From the human T2T-CHM13v2.0 reference genome, Homo sapiens: a stretch of 64,000 nt of DNA. Below the pieces are notes generated by a model. It was not told the origin of the DNA. It searched no databases and saw nothing but the letters and a program-made list of their open reading frames with translations. The position numbers and the translations under genes are program-made. Location: assembly GCF_009914755.1 (NCBI RefSeq), contig NC_060927.1. One strand, written 5' to 3'. Positions 1-13,115 of this stretch are shown here, one piece after another. Positions within the stretch are counted from its first letter, which is position 1; every line of letters starts with the position of its first letter.

Positions 1-650
1 GAGTGTTAAGTGCTGTGAAGAAATTATTAATGGGGTAAATGAGATAGATAGAAGGTGAGGGATGAGGGAGGGCAGGCTGCTATTTAATAGAGGGTGATCA
101 GGGAAGTCCTCTTTGAGGAAGTCTAATTTGAGGAAAGCCTAAATGAAACAAGGGAACACACCATGCTAAGATGTGAACGGCAGGAGCCACAACTGGAAGA
201 TGTGGTGTACTCAAGGATCATATCTGACAACAGCAGAACACACAATGGGGAGAGTGGAAGGCCATGAGGCTGGTAAAATGGGAATTTGGGGACTAAAGAC
301 CATGGTCATAAGGTCTTAGATTTTATTGTCAGCTTGAAGGGAAGCCATTCAGAAGGTTCTGAGTAGAAGGGGGATATATAATTTTAGAACATCACACTGC
401 CTGTGGTGTGAATGGATTATAAGAGGCCAGACTGGAAGCAGGGAGGCCAGGGAGAAGGTCACTGTCAGAAAGAAAGTAAAAGAGGGAGGTAGTTGGACCT
501 ATGGTGATAGCAAAGGACATGTCCACACAGGTAAGATAGAGCTGGGTTTTGAAAGCAGAGCTGATCCAAGCTTGCTGAGAGTCTTACGGAATGTGTGAGA
601 AAAAGGAACAATCCAGGAAGGAACAATCTTGGGTTTCTGCCCAAAGCAGA
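1..650 (-). mobile_element. L2 LINE fossil (antisense)
   Basis: Purine-rich L2-antisense signatures such as agggtgatcagggaagtcctctttgaggaag, gggaagccattcagaaggttctgagtag and gactggaagcagggaggccagggagaagg. Confidence 0.7.
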
Positions 651-719
651 AGGACTAGACATCAGATATAACTGCTTAGAGCAAGGTCTGGAACTGAGAA
701 AGTACTCAAAAAATATTAA

Positions 720-852
720 CCACCATCCTGCCACTATCACTATTACCAATATCATTATAACTACCATTATTATTATAACTTCCTCCATCCCACCTCCACC
801 CTCATTACAGCTACCACCATCATGACAATCACTATCATCACCACCACCATCA
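720..852. repeat. Degenerate (CAC/CAT/TAT)n trinucleotide low-complexity tract
   Basis: ccactatcactattaccaatatcattataactaccattatt...catcaccaccaccatca. Confidence 0.75.
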
Positions 853-865
853 AAAGCAAAAAGAC

Positions 866-3028
866 AGCATAGTACTGGAAGTCCTAGCCAGAACAATCAG
901 GGAAGAGAAAGAAATAGAAGACTTCCAAACAGGAAAAGAAGAAGTGAAATTGTCTCTTTCTGCTGATGACATGATCTTATATATAGAAAGTCTAAAGACA
1001 CCACCAAAAAACTATTAGAACTGATAAAAGAACTCAGTAAAGTTACAGGATACAAAATCAACTTACAAAAATTAGTAACATCTCTATACACTAATAACAG
1101 ACTATCTGAAAAATAAATTAAGAAAATTCTATTTATAATAGCATCAAACAAAACTTAGGAGTACATTTAACTAAGGAGGTGAAAGGTCTGTATACTGAAA
1201 ACTATTAAACCTCAATGGAAAAAATTGAAGATGACACAAATAAATAGGAGTATATCGTGTGTTCATAAATTGGAAGAATATTGTTAAGACGTACATACTA
1301 CCCAAAGCAATCTACAGATTCAATGTAATCTGTGCCAAAAATGTCAATGTCATTCTTCACAGAAATAGAAAAAACAATCCTAAAATTCATATAGAACCAC
1401 AAAAGATCCTGAATAGTCAAAGGCATCTTGTACCAAAAGAAAAAAGCTGGAGGCATCATATTACCAAATTTCAAAGTATATTACAAAGCTATAGTAATCA
1501 AAACAGCATGGTACTCATATAAGAAGGTACATCAACCAATGCGATAGGATGTATAGCTCAGAAATAAACCAGCAAATTTATAGTCAATTAATTTTCAACA
1601 AAGATGCCAAGAACAGCAGACAATGGGGAAAGGAATAAGTGTTGATAAAACTGGATATCCACATGCAGAAAAATAAAACTGGATCCTTATCTCACCACTT
1701 ATAAAAAATTAACTCAAAATAGATCAAAGACTTAAATGTAAGACCTAAAACTGTAAAACTATTAGAAGAAAACATAGGGGAACAGCTCCATGACATTGGT
1801 CCGGGCAGTGATTTCTTAGATATGACCCCAAAGGCACAGACAACAAAAGCAAAATAGACAAATGGGATTGCATCAAACTAAAAAGCTTCTGCAAAGTAAA
1901 GGAAACGACAGAGTGAAGAAACAACCCACAGAGTAGGAGAAAGTATTTGCCAAATCATACATTGGATAAAGGGCTAATACCCAAAATATACTACAAGGTG
2001 CTCAAACTACTCAATAACAAGAAAACAAATAACCCTATCCAAAAATGGTCAAAGGACCTGAATAGACATTTCTCAAAGAAGACATACAAATGACCAACAG
2101 ATATATGAAAAAATCCTCAATATCATCAGAAAAATGCAGATTAAAATCACAATGATCTATCACCTCACACCTATTAAATTGGCTATTATCAAAAAGATGA
2201 AAGCTATCAAGTGTTGATGAGTAAGTATATGAAAAAAGGGAACTCTTATACACTGTTGGTAGTATTGTAAATTAGCCATTTTGGAAACAGTATGCAGTTT
2301 CTTCAAAAATACTAAAAATAGAATTCCCATATGATCCAGCAATCCCATTTCTAGGTGTACATCCAAAGGAATTGAAATTGAAATGTCAAAGAGATGTCTG
2401 CACTCCCATGTTCACTGTAGCACTATTCACAATAACCAAGATACGGAAGCAATCAAAGCATCCACCAATAGACAAATGGATTTTTAAAATGTAATATATA
2501 CACATGCACAAGGAAATACTATTTAGTCTTTAAAAAGCAGGAAATTCTGTCATTTGTGACAACACAGATGAACCTAAAGGCTAAGTGAAATAAGCCAGGC
2601 ACAAAGAGACAAATAATGTATGATCTCACTTATATGTGGAATTCAAAAAAGTCAAACTTCCAGAAGTAGAGAGTGGAATGGTGGTTAATAGAGGCTGGGG
2701 GCAGAGGGAAGCAGACAGAGAAAGGGGGAGGCATTGGTCAAAGGGTATAAAGTTTCACTTTTACAGGAAGAATAACTTTGGTGGTCTATTGCACAGCATG
2801 GTGACTGTAGTTAATAATAATGCAATACAATATTATTTCAAAATATTTAAGAGAGAATTTTAAATGTTCTTAAAAAAATAAATATTTGAGGTCACAGATA
2901 TGTTAATTTGCCTGATTTGATCATTGCACAATCTACACATGTATCAAAACATTACATTGTACCCCATGAATATATACAGTTATTATTTGTCAATTAAAAA
3001 CAAAATGAAATTTTTTTAAAAAAAAAAG
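866..3028 (+). mobile_element. 5'-truncated L1 (L1MA-type): 3' part of ORF2, 3'UTR and A-tail
   Basis: ORF2 RT motif remnant S-A-D-D-M-I-L-Y at ~959-982; cccaaagcaatctacagattcaatg; L1MA-type 3' end cattgtaccccatgaatatatacagttattatttgtcaattaaaaa; many stops and frameshifts. Confidence 0.92.
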
Positions 3029-3075
3029 AGAAGTCTGGGCAATATAGTGAGACCCTGTCTCAAACACTCAATTTT

Positions 3076-3484
3076 TATGTGTGTGTGTGTATATATATAT
3101 ACACACATGTATATATGTATATACACATGTATATATGTATATACATGATATACGTGTGTGTGTATATACATATGTGTGTATATATACGCATATACACACA
3201 TATATACACATGTATACATATATGTATATATACACATATATACACACATGTATACATATATGTATATACACACACATATATGTGTATGTATGTACGTATA
3301 TACATACACATATGTGTATATATACATATGTGTATATATATATGTGTATATGTATACAAATATGTATATATGTACATATGTATATATGTGTATATATACA
3401 CATATATACACATATATATGTACATATGTATATATAGTGTATATATATACATATATACACACACACACACATACATATATATAG
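3076..3484. repeat. ~410-bp compound (TA)/(TG)/(CA) alternating purine-pyrimidine repeat
   Basis: Direct reading; source of the overlapping Y/I/H/T/V/C-rich ORFs in all frames. Confidence 0.97.
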
Positions 3485-3542
3485 ACAGACCAGGGAGAGG
3501 AGGCAGGAAGAGGAGAGAGAACCACCTAAGAAATAAGTACAA

Positions 3543-3828
<286 letters not shown>

Positions 3829-3926
3829 GAAAGAAGAGGGGAAGGGAGAGGAGAGGACGAGAGGGGATGGGAGGGGAGGGGAGCTGAGTGGGGTGAGGCA
3901 AGGTGAGGAGAGGAGAGGAGGAAGAA
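3829..3926 (+). repeat. GA-rich polypurine tract after the Alu tail
   Basis: gaagaggggaagggagaggagagg...ggggatgggaggggagggg. Confidence 0.85.
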
Positions 3927-4973
3927 ATGAGTACAGGTAAAGGAAATCTGCATCCAAATCAAGGAATCTGCTCTGGACATGCATAAAGTGAAATGCTGAC
4001 CTATCATGGGATGTTAACCAAGTTACAGGGGCTAACTCATTTCTTCCACCACTCTTTCTCCAACTCATCCTCCACACACATTCATGTAACCTTCTTTTGA
4101 TGTTTACAATCCCTTCAGGGACCCCTGTCTTCACAGACTTTTACCTGGACACATCCTAGTCCAACCCCTCTCTAAAACATGTCCCTCCATCCTTCAATCC
4201 CAAATAGCCTGATGCATCTTCCCAAACTCCTGGCATGTATGTACAGAAAATTCAAGTCTCAAGTGAGTATTTCAGTATCTACAAAGCTGAAGTGATATGC
4301 CAAAAAACAGCATCAACCTACAGCAGGTACATTCTATCAAATGAATCCCTCCCCCAACCAAAATAAGAGAGAAGCATGCACAAGAAACCACCACATTTTT
4401 TGGATTGAGCCTTGATGGTGAGATACAAGTATTTACTATTCTAGCAAGCCCCGAACATATATCAAACTGCCTGTGAGCTCTTAGAAACCCATGGTTTAGC
4501 ATTTCCTCTCCAAACACTGCAATATTATATAATATGATTAACCTTAGAGTCCCAGTATAAAATCCTAGAACAGAAGGATCCCAGAGCTAGAATGGACATT
4601 AAGATGGAATAGAGTCCATCCTTCTACCCCCAGACAAAAAGGGGTACATCTACCTAGTGGTAGGATAGATCAAGAGCATCTTCCTTTGCACTGTATTTTT
4701 AAAACATTAACTTGTTCTCACGAAATGCTCACGCTTGTTTTCAAAGTAGAAGACAAGCTGCAGACACTATTTCTCCCAGTCTCTGGTCAGTGCCATTCAC
4801 TTTCTTTTCTATGTTAGTGGTCAGTGTGCTGCAATCATTTTAAGAAAGAGAGCAAATCCCTTTATCCACGATCAAATCCAAGCCAATATTTTGGGGACCT
4901 GTCTGAGTGTGGGGAGGAAAGAGAAATGATGACTTTTATCCAGTGAACAAAACTCCTTATAATTAGGTTGGTG

Positions 4974-4987
4974 GTTTCTATGGTAAC
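4974..4987. promoter_or_regulatory. RFX X-box-like motif GTTTCTATGGTAAC
   Basis: Close match to the GTTNCCATGGNAAC palindrome in non-repeat sequence; function untested. Confidence 0.4.
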
Positions 4988-5384
4988 GAGGAGCTGACTC
5001 TTTTATTTGAAATAAAAAATAGCAACACTCCAGCTGTCCTTGCCGTCCGGATGCTCCAAAGCAAATGAGAGATTTGATTTCACATTTGCTAGGACTGTTG
5101 AGGACTTAAAACCAGGGATTTTACTTGTTGTCAAGTTTTGGCGAGACACTAAGTCCCATTCCTCTGAGAAAACAGGTGTGAAAAACAAAAGCAAAAAACA
5201 ACCAAAACAAAATAATTTTCCTTCTCTGCAACCAATATGCTGTTTGTTTTTTCTTCCTAATTATCATTTTTTAAAAATCAAGCCACTTCCTGGAAGGAAA
5301 CTATTGGTGGTTCATCTTGAAAAAGCATTGGCAATCTCCAAAATATATTCCTACATCTACAACAATAGCATCCTTTCTTATTGG

Positions 5385-5560
5385 GGGCTTTATTAGGTGC
5401 TAAGTTCTCTGCCAAGGGCTCTCCCTGCATCACCTCATTAAACGCTCACAGCAACCTATGACAGGTCCATTTTAGTGATGAGGTTTAAAAGGTTAAGTAA
5501 ATTGCTCATTGTCAGCAGAAGCTAAAAGTCCATTCCAGTTCTAACTGATGGCAACGCCTA
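5385..5560 (-). mobile_element. MIR SINE fossil
   Basis: cctcattaaacgctcacagcaacctatgacagg...cattttagtgatgagg...ggttaagtaaattgc. Confidence 0.65.
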
Positions 5561-5744
5561 TACTGTGTAGTGGTTGGACTAAACTATTCTGCTCTTACTG
5601 TCACTATATAACCTAGACCAGAAATCATCATTTACAGGTTACAGGTGGAGACACATTAGAAATGCCCCACAGATGACTGCCAAACTTGGAGGACTCCTTG
5701 CATGGCTTCTGGGCCACTTTCCTTCTTTCCTACCTCCATTCCAT

Positions 5745-6180
5745 ATGGTGCTAGGGTGCCAAGGAATACAGGAAATCATGATGTCCCCTCGGGAGGATCA
5801 GCTTGTAATCCACACACAACAGTCAAGAAGGCTTTGAGGGATGCTGACAATTACAATACCAGAGGGTTAAACAATGTCACGGTGGCCTGCGCTGGGTGCT
5901 GGGGGAACAAGGAGGAGATGAGAGGTATCTAACAAGACCAGCAAGGCCTATCATAGAAGGTGACACTCCGGCTCAGTCTTAAAGGAAAATTAGATGTTAG
6001 TCAGGTTACAGTGAGATAAAGAGAGTCTTTTGGGCAGAGAAAAATGGCTATAGAGAACTTGAGGTAAGAAACAGAATGGCATCTTCAGGGAGTCTTGGCA
6101 GGAGGGCATGGCTGGGGTAGGCCAGAAGAGTCCAGCAAGGCCCATGACACAAAGTGACTTGCTTGTCTGAGTGGGCTAAG
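5745..6180 (-). mobile_element. L2 fossil
   Basis: tgctagggtgccaaggaatacag...gaaggtgacactccggctcagtcttaaagga. Confidence 0.5.
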
Positions 6181-6549
6181 GATGGTTGATGAGAGAACAA
6201 AAGAGAAGATGGTAAGTATTGGTAGAACATATGCTTCTCCTTCATGGTATCCTAGAAATGTGAACTAGTTTGAAATTACTTTTGGCTGTACACAGCTCTG
6301 GGGACCACATAATCCCAGGGACCACATGGGATTATAACCATTATCTTTGATTGTCTGTTCCCACGACTGTCTCCACCAAGAAACCACAAATTTTTTTAAT
6401 ACAGGAATTTTATCTTACTCATCTTTATGCCATGTCTACTAAGGGGCCTAGCATATAAAAAAATCAAACAACTGCTAAATGAATGAACATAAATGGTTAA
6501 CAAATATTTGCTCTTTTAAATATATAAATATAAATATTAAGTGCTATAT

Positions 6550-6780
6550 ATCAGCACTAACTATTAGCCAGCTGCTGTGCAGAGCACTGTACACACATCA
6601 TCTCATTTAATCATCACACCTGCTCTATGTGGAAGGTACTATATTAGCCTCATTTTATAAATGAAGAAAAGTGAGGCCTATAGGGGCTGAAAACTCTCCT
6701 AAATCTACAGGGCTAGTAAATGGCAGAGTCAGATTTGGAGCTGTGTTTCCATCATCTCCAAGCTCATGCTCTTAGCAGGC
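6550..6780 (-). mobile_element. MIR SINE
   Basis: catctcatttaatcatcacacc...gaaggtactatattagcctcattttataaatgaagaaaagtgagg MIR core. Confidence 0.85.
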
Positions 6781-7113
6781 TATGGTGCAAAAACCAATCT
6801 GACTGATTATTGCAAGAATAGATGCTTCATTGATTGAACAGTCCTGACACACAGTAGGTACACAGTCAAATTCTATTGACTGGAAAAATTATTTAAAAGC
6901 TCCTGTGTGCAATGTACTAGACTATGTTAAAAAATCAATATGGTGTGCCCTCTGACTGTAAGGAGATCCTGGCCTACTGATGATTGGGGAACTCCGGGCA
7001 CAATGGCTTTGGAGGTGGGGGGAGGGCTGTGTTTCTGTGGCAAGATTCAATCTCAAACAGAAACAGAAAAATGATTCCTTTGCAGGTTTTTAGAATGACC
7101 CTTTGATATATTC

Positions 7114-7126
7114 TGCTGACTCAGCA
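7114..7126. promoter_or_regulatory. Perfect T-MARE (Maf/CNC-bZIP) motif TGCTGACTCAGCA
   Basis: Exact 13-bp T-MARE consensus with an AT-rich 5' flank; function untested. Confidence 0.45.
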
Positions 7127-7149
7127 CCCTTCTTTTCCTTTCAGTGATA

Positions 7150-7594
7150 AATCAACCTTGAATTCGTTTTGGGATGCCTTCTCCTTCCCTTCTCTCAATG
7201 CAAGCAGTTTGGATGAGGCTGCTCTCATATCCTGATCCGGGAGGATCTGTGACCCAGATACAGCAAGTCAGAGCATTTAATCATCTTGGCCACACCTCAC
7301 GAGGAGGTTCAGAATCCCAGAAATTTTTCCTGGAGCTATCTGGAGAGCCAGGGTCTTCTGATTCCTCGGGGTGCTGAGAAGAGATTTAACAATGACAAGC
7401 CATCTGACCTACAAGGGTGCAGACAGCCTGAGTGTTGAGTTAACGTGAAGGAGAGAGCTGTGCCCTAATAATGCTACTTGAGACTTTGGATGCAGCCTTG
7501 CCTGGGTATCTCAACAACCTCAATCAAAAAATTATCATGGTTTTACTTAAGCTCCTTTGAGATTCTGTCACCTGCAACACAGAGTCAGCAAATA
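7150..7594 (+). mobile_element. Old ERVL/MaLR LTR remnant (MLT1K/LTR16-like)
   Basis: Typical 3' end ttctgtcacctgcaacacagagtcagcaaataca; internal ctttggatgcagccttgcctg. Confidence 0.55.
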
Positions 7595-8334
7595 CAGTTC
7601 CACTGTAAGTGAGAGATGGAGAATGGGTACATGTGGTGAACGAAGAGAGGCCGGAGAAAAACATGAGGGTAGTGGGTATGTTCAGTTACTCTTGAAGGTC
7701 CTTTTTATTTGCTGCATTAAGGCACATTCTACAGTGTGGCATTAAAGCCTCCACTCAATTTCTCCACATATAGCATTTGCTTAATACTTAATTACTGCCT
7801 TAGGGCACTAGAGTCAGTACCCTGGTGACCAGGAGGGGTTAATGCAGCTTCCAAGGAAGACAAACAGGAAACACATTCATTCATTCAATAAATATTTATA
7901 GAGTACCTTCTATGTGCCAAGTACTAAAGCTGAACATTGGCTGAAAAATTTTATCTCATCTACGTCAAAGGGGACTTCAGATATCTTTCAAGTTAAATAA
8001 ACCTCACTGATCCATAAGATAATTAAGAGGAAAAAAGAACAAAGACACCCTCCCCACCATCTCCGGCCTTCCATGCACTTAGAGGAATAGCTTTCAAGTA
8101 TAAGCTAAGAGTTGCCAATATTTATTTGGAAGTAAATTAGACCCTACAGAGTGTGGAAAAAAAGGAGAATGGGAAATGAATTGGATTACTGAGGAATGCT
8201 TTCGGGAAAGAGCAAAGATATGCCCAAGACAGAGTAAAAAGAGGGCCGGAATACCGATGTCAAAATGGAGAGGAGAGGTGGTGGAGGGAGATTGTGAGAA
8301 CTAATACAGCTAATGTGCTTGGTGCAGAGAAACT

Positions 8335-8431
8335 AAACCAGATACTCTACTCCAGGGAGCAACCCTTAGGAATCTGCATGTTCATCAGGGTCACCAGGTG
8401 ATTCTTTTGCCAACTACAGTTTGAGAGCTGC
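8335..8431. mobile_element. MER5A (hAT-Charlie MITE) fragment
   Basis: ggaatctgcatgttcatcagggtcaccaggtgattcttttgccaactacagtttgagagc. Confidence 0.6.
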
Positions 8432-8789
8432 TATAGTAGTGATAATGTCCCCTTCCCCCCAATTCATATGTTGAAACTTAATCTCCAGTGTGACAGCATT
8501 AATAGGTGGGAACTTTAGGGAAGTGATTGAATCATGAGGGCTCTATCCTTACAAATGGGATTAACGCCTTTATAAAAGAGACTGGAGGGAGCATGAGTTT
8601 CACCATGTGAAGATGCAGTAAGAGGGCACTATCTTTAAGGCAGACAGCAAGTCCTCACAAGACCTTGAATCTGCTGGTGCCTAGTTCTTGGACTTCCCAG
8701 CCTCCAGAACTGCAAGAAATAAATTTCTGTTGCTTATAAATTACTTAGTCCAAGGTATTTTGTTACAGCGGCCCAAAAGGACTAAATGA
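8432..8789 (+). mobile_element. MLT1A-type MaLR solo LTR
   Basis: aattcatatgttgaaacttaatctcc...ttggacttcccagcctccagaactgcaagaaataaatttctgttg...ggactaa. Confidence 0.88.
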
Positions 8790-9094
8790 GAGCAAAGATG
8801 CCAGGCGCCAGGGCCCAGACAACCATTCTGCTCCCTGGCTTTGAAGAAGAGGCAACAAAGTCCTGAACCTGGCAAACGCAGGCAGTGCTGTCAATATACC
8901 ATGCCTAAGTGGGCATCTAAACACTATGTAGAGTCCAGTGAAGTCATTTAAAAGCAGCTGATCTGAAAAACAGACTGGGCTGTTTACTAATCTCCTGGCA
9001 TATAAGTGAATGCTACCGCCTAAAGAATTCATTATCTGCAGAAGTGGCACAAATCACTATCTGCTGGCTAAGAGTCTTAAGCTCCAAAAAGGTT

Positions 9095-9414
<320 letters not shown>

Positions 9415-9521
9415 TCTTTTGTGTGTTTTTTGACAAATTCTACGTGTTTCTGTGACAGCTACAAACAAAACACATCAACCTTTGCCTCACAAATGGAACA
9501 TCTGAGAGGTAATATTTTATA

Positions 9522-9833
9522 GCAGTGCTGTCCAACAGAAATAAAATGTGAGCCACATATGTAATTTTAAATTTCTACTGGCTGTATGGGAAATAAAAAC
9601 AAATGGAATTAATTTTGACAATACATTTTATTTAAGCTAGTAGATCTAAAATATCATTGCAATATGTAATCAATAAGAACAATTATTAATGAAATAGTTT
9701 ATATTCTCTTGATCACATAAAGCCTTCTAACTCCAGAGTGTTTGTCAAATAGAGCACAGCTCAATTAGAATAAACCACATTTCAAGTGTTCTACAACCAA
9801 ATGAAGCGAGTGACTACTGTACTAGACAATGTA
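9522..9833. mobile_element. MER33 (hAT-Charlie non-autonomous element)
   Basis: gtgctgtccaacagaaataaaatgtgagccacatatgtaattttaaattt...ccacatttcaagtgttc...actactgtactagacaatgtag. Confidence 0.8.
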
Positions 9834-10289
9834 GATCTATAGAAAGGGGTGGTAAAATTTCAAGTCAAGACCTAAACGTCCTAACAAGAATTCTGAGAGG
9901 AACGCATTAGAAGAAAAAGCCAGTGAAGGCAAAGAAACCATGTTGCAATATTGCTGAAGAACCAGTCAACACGCACACAGATATTTTCTATTACATATTT
10001 TTAAAAGAGCTATAAAAACCATTTTTATAAAAACCATCTCCATTACAAGTGGAAGGAAACTGGGCTAACACCCACCTACCCTTTCTCTGTGGATTAACAG
10101 AATCAAGGACTTCCACATACTTTTGTCATACCTTATATTTCAGGTTCCACTTGACTTTCATGCATTATCTCCTGGGCAAAAATCAAGACGAGACATTTCC
10201 TCCTTAAAGAAAACCTCAAGTTGCTGAACAGATGAAACAGAGCATTAACCTCCATGGGTGAAAAACATTCAGTCCTTCAGAGACAGCCT

Positions 10290-10505
10290 AGATTAGAAGA
10301 GATTTAGAGCCGGACATATCAAGGCTCTAAATCCTGTGTCTACCCTTCCAGCCTGGCAAAGAAGTGAATTTAGGTAAATAAGTTATCAGTGCCTTGATTT
10401 CTTCATTTCTACAGTAGGAGTAATCACCGTGCCTACTTCAGGCAGATGTCATGAGTCAGTGCTTGTAAATGTTTCCCATGGTGCCTGGCACAGGAGCTCA
10501 ACACA
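10290..10505 (+). mobile_element. MIR SINE
   Basis: gtgccttgatttcttcatttctacagtaggagtaatcaccgtgcctacttc...gtgcctggcacagg. Confidence 0.7.
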
Positions 10506-10575
10506 ACATAAATGGCATTAGCAACATTATTAATTATAATAATTTTATGAAAAGCACTCGTGTAGAATTTATTAC

Positions 10576-10865
10576 CAGGCCTGGGCCTGGGGGGAGAAAG
10601 TGAGACACTCATCTTGGGTGCAAAATTTAAGAAACACCAAAAACCTTGGTGATCAAAAAAATATTTTCATGCACTATTTTTAAAGATTGAAATTAATGCC
10701 AAAAACGTCAACAATGAGCAAAATATCCAAAATCTTAAATAAATCGGGGTTAGTATGACTTATTTTCTTTCGGCTCAGGCTCTGATACGGCACTGAACTG
10801 CACTGTTAATGTCCTGTCTTTATTTAAAATTGATTTAATTTATATAAACCTTTGATATTTTGTTC
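10576..10865. mobile_element. MER96B-like hAT MITE (partial)
   Basis: gggtgcaaaatttaag...tgagcaaaatatccaaaatcttaaataaa...ctcaggctctgatacggc...tcctgtctttatttaaaat with internal inverted arms. Confidence 0.7.
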
Positions 10866-11635
10866 CTCTGCCAGGAGGGCGGGGACAGATTACTGCACTC
10901 ATGGGAAATTGGGAGGCTCTTCGTCACCCAGCCCCTCATGTCACCCTGAGGTGTGACAAAGGAGACCAGAGCCCCAGGACAGGAGCCTGCAGAACTGAAT
11001 GAAAGGCCCAGCTGGGAGGGAAACAATGAGCGCTGTGTATTTCATATGATAAGAACAGTCCTGAAGGCACACCCATCCATCAACCCCCAGAAGAGTGAAA
11101 GGCACCAGACAAAGATTGGAGTGCCCTGCTAACCCCTCCTCTTCATTTTGAATTTCATCTGCCCCCCTTCCCATGAGGCCTCCTCATACAATCGTCCCCA
11201 CTGAAGGGACCTGCCTCCCCTTCGCCTTTCGTTAGTACACAACAGCAGAGATCAGATGCTGCAGAAACTGAATCTCCTCCAGACAACGATGATTTAAATG
11301 GCAAATAAATACAGTATGTGGGAGTAATCAAAATCAGTGAGACGCAAGCCTCATTTCGGGCCCAGATTATTTTAAAGCATGAGCAGAATTGTCAATGAAC
11401 TGTAAAAGAAAGAAGGATGGAAAAAGCAAAACCAAAAACCCACCACCAGCCTGGCACTGCTGGGATGGAAAGATATTTCACATTTTTTTCTAACCAGAGC
11501 TGAACCGTTGACTGTCGGTGAGATGGTGGCCTTGCTTCCCTAGCCTTCTGTGCAGTCTTACGTTTCAACAACGTAACTGTGCTACAGTTATGCTTTAGAG
11601 GTCAAGTACAGTTAAAGAGCTGCTAAAAACATAAC

Positions 11636-11760
11636 CTTGCTGAGGATAAAATGCATTCTTCTTTTCACACATCTGTTTCTCTTACAGTTCATTTCAGAAG
11701 ACTCTACTACATTTTCCCATTTACTGTTAGGGAAGTGCCTGAATTCTGCTGGCTCCACAA
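11636..11760 (-). other. Candidate spliced exon (non-coding or unrecognised)
   Basis: Minus-strand acceptor tttcctttttttttcttttattgtatcAG at 11761-62; donors AAG|gttatg (11636) or ACT|gtaaga (11686); non-repeat sequence. Confidence 0.3.
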
Positions 11761-12939
11761 CTGATACAATAAAAGAAAAAAAAAGGAAACCCCATGCAAC
11801 ACTCAAGGATGAGTTCCTGCATGATGGCTCCCTTGTTCTGTGGATACCGAAGTTGGTCCAGGCTCTTTTGGCCCATGGGATTTTGGGAGGTGTGACATTT
11901 TCCTCTTTGACTGCCCTTGGTCTAGTTGCCTGCTGTCTAGCTGTTTCTCACTTGGGTTCAAGCATCACCATAAGCACTACATCTGAAGAACAGACCATGG
12001 TTTTGGAGGACTCCATCTCAGAATCGAGGGCTCTTCTTCCAAGTAGACTGCCTTCCATCTGACGCTTTCAACTGATTCAATACCAGCACGTACATGTCAG
12101 GATTTGATCATCTCAATCATCTTTTTAAAAATGTTCTCTCCACCTTCCCAAGCATAAAGAAAAACAATTGATTCCAATAGTTTAGATCATTAAACTCTTA
12201 GGTGACGAAAGAAAATTCAAATTCCTTTTTCTATGGGGCTATGATTAAAAAATGAAAACATATTTTTAGGACACTTTTATTTACAAAATGCTTTCATATC
12301 AGTTAGAGCCCACCAGAAACTATGTTCTGATTCTCATTAAACCACTCACAATAACACATTTCTATAACATAGCACAAGAGATGCGCACATTCCAAGCTGT
12401 GGAGGAAAACCTTTGGCAGAGAAAAGTGAAAATTTTCCCTGAACCAACAAGAGTCAGTAATGAAACTAGGTGGAGCCTCGGGCTGTTTTCCTTCTAGTCC
12501 CACATTCTACGCTTTCATCCATGCTTCTCAAAAGGTGCCTCATCTATTTTTATTTTTGAGAAGTCGATAGATAGTCCCTAAAAGAAAGGAAAGAACAAAG
12601 TGGTTCTATGGCCAAGTAAGTTTGGAAAAATGTACATTAGATCCCCTTCTAGAAAATGTGTGACACAAATGATTACATTCAAAGCTCCAAGTCCTGTAAT
12701 AAAAAATAAAGCAAGCAAAGAAATTGATAAATTCTGATCTCTCTTTGACTCACTGTAATGTAATATTTCCCAAATAGTGGAAGCCCACCTCACGATATCT
12801 TCCACTTTCACATTCATGACATCTCTGTCTCATCTGGATGAGAATTTTCTCATGGAGATGGTCTCAAACGAGCACCTAAAGATATCTCACATAAAAAGAA
12901 AAGGGTATATATTACAAATCCCCTTTTCCAACTTAATGA

Positions 12940-13115
12940 TTACTTCTTTTAACTTTGAGTTTCTAACTCTTTCCTTAAGCCTCTGTTTTCTCAATAGGAA
13001 AATGAGGATAATAAATTTCATCCTCTTCAAGTTATGAGGATTAAATGAGATAAACCAATTAAAACACAGCATGTTAAAGGGTGATAGTCAGCACCCAATA
13101 ATAAGTTAGCTGCCA
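12940..13115 (+). mobile_element. MIR SINE
   Basis: agcctctgttttctcaataggaaaatgaggataata...tatgaggattaaatgagataa. Confidence 0.8.

Noticed and set aside
465-896. 143-aa ORF with an apparent transmembrane segment
   Set aside because: The hydrophobic and Gly/Asp runs come from the degenerate trinucleotide tract; the rest is L2/L1
11637-12062. 141-aa plus-strand ORF
   Set aside because: Non-ATG start, crosses an A-run, no recognisable domain
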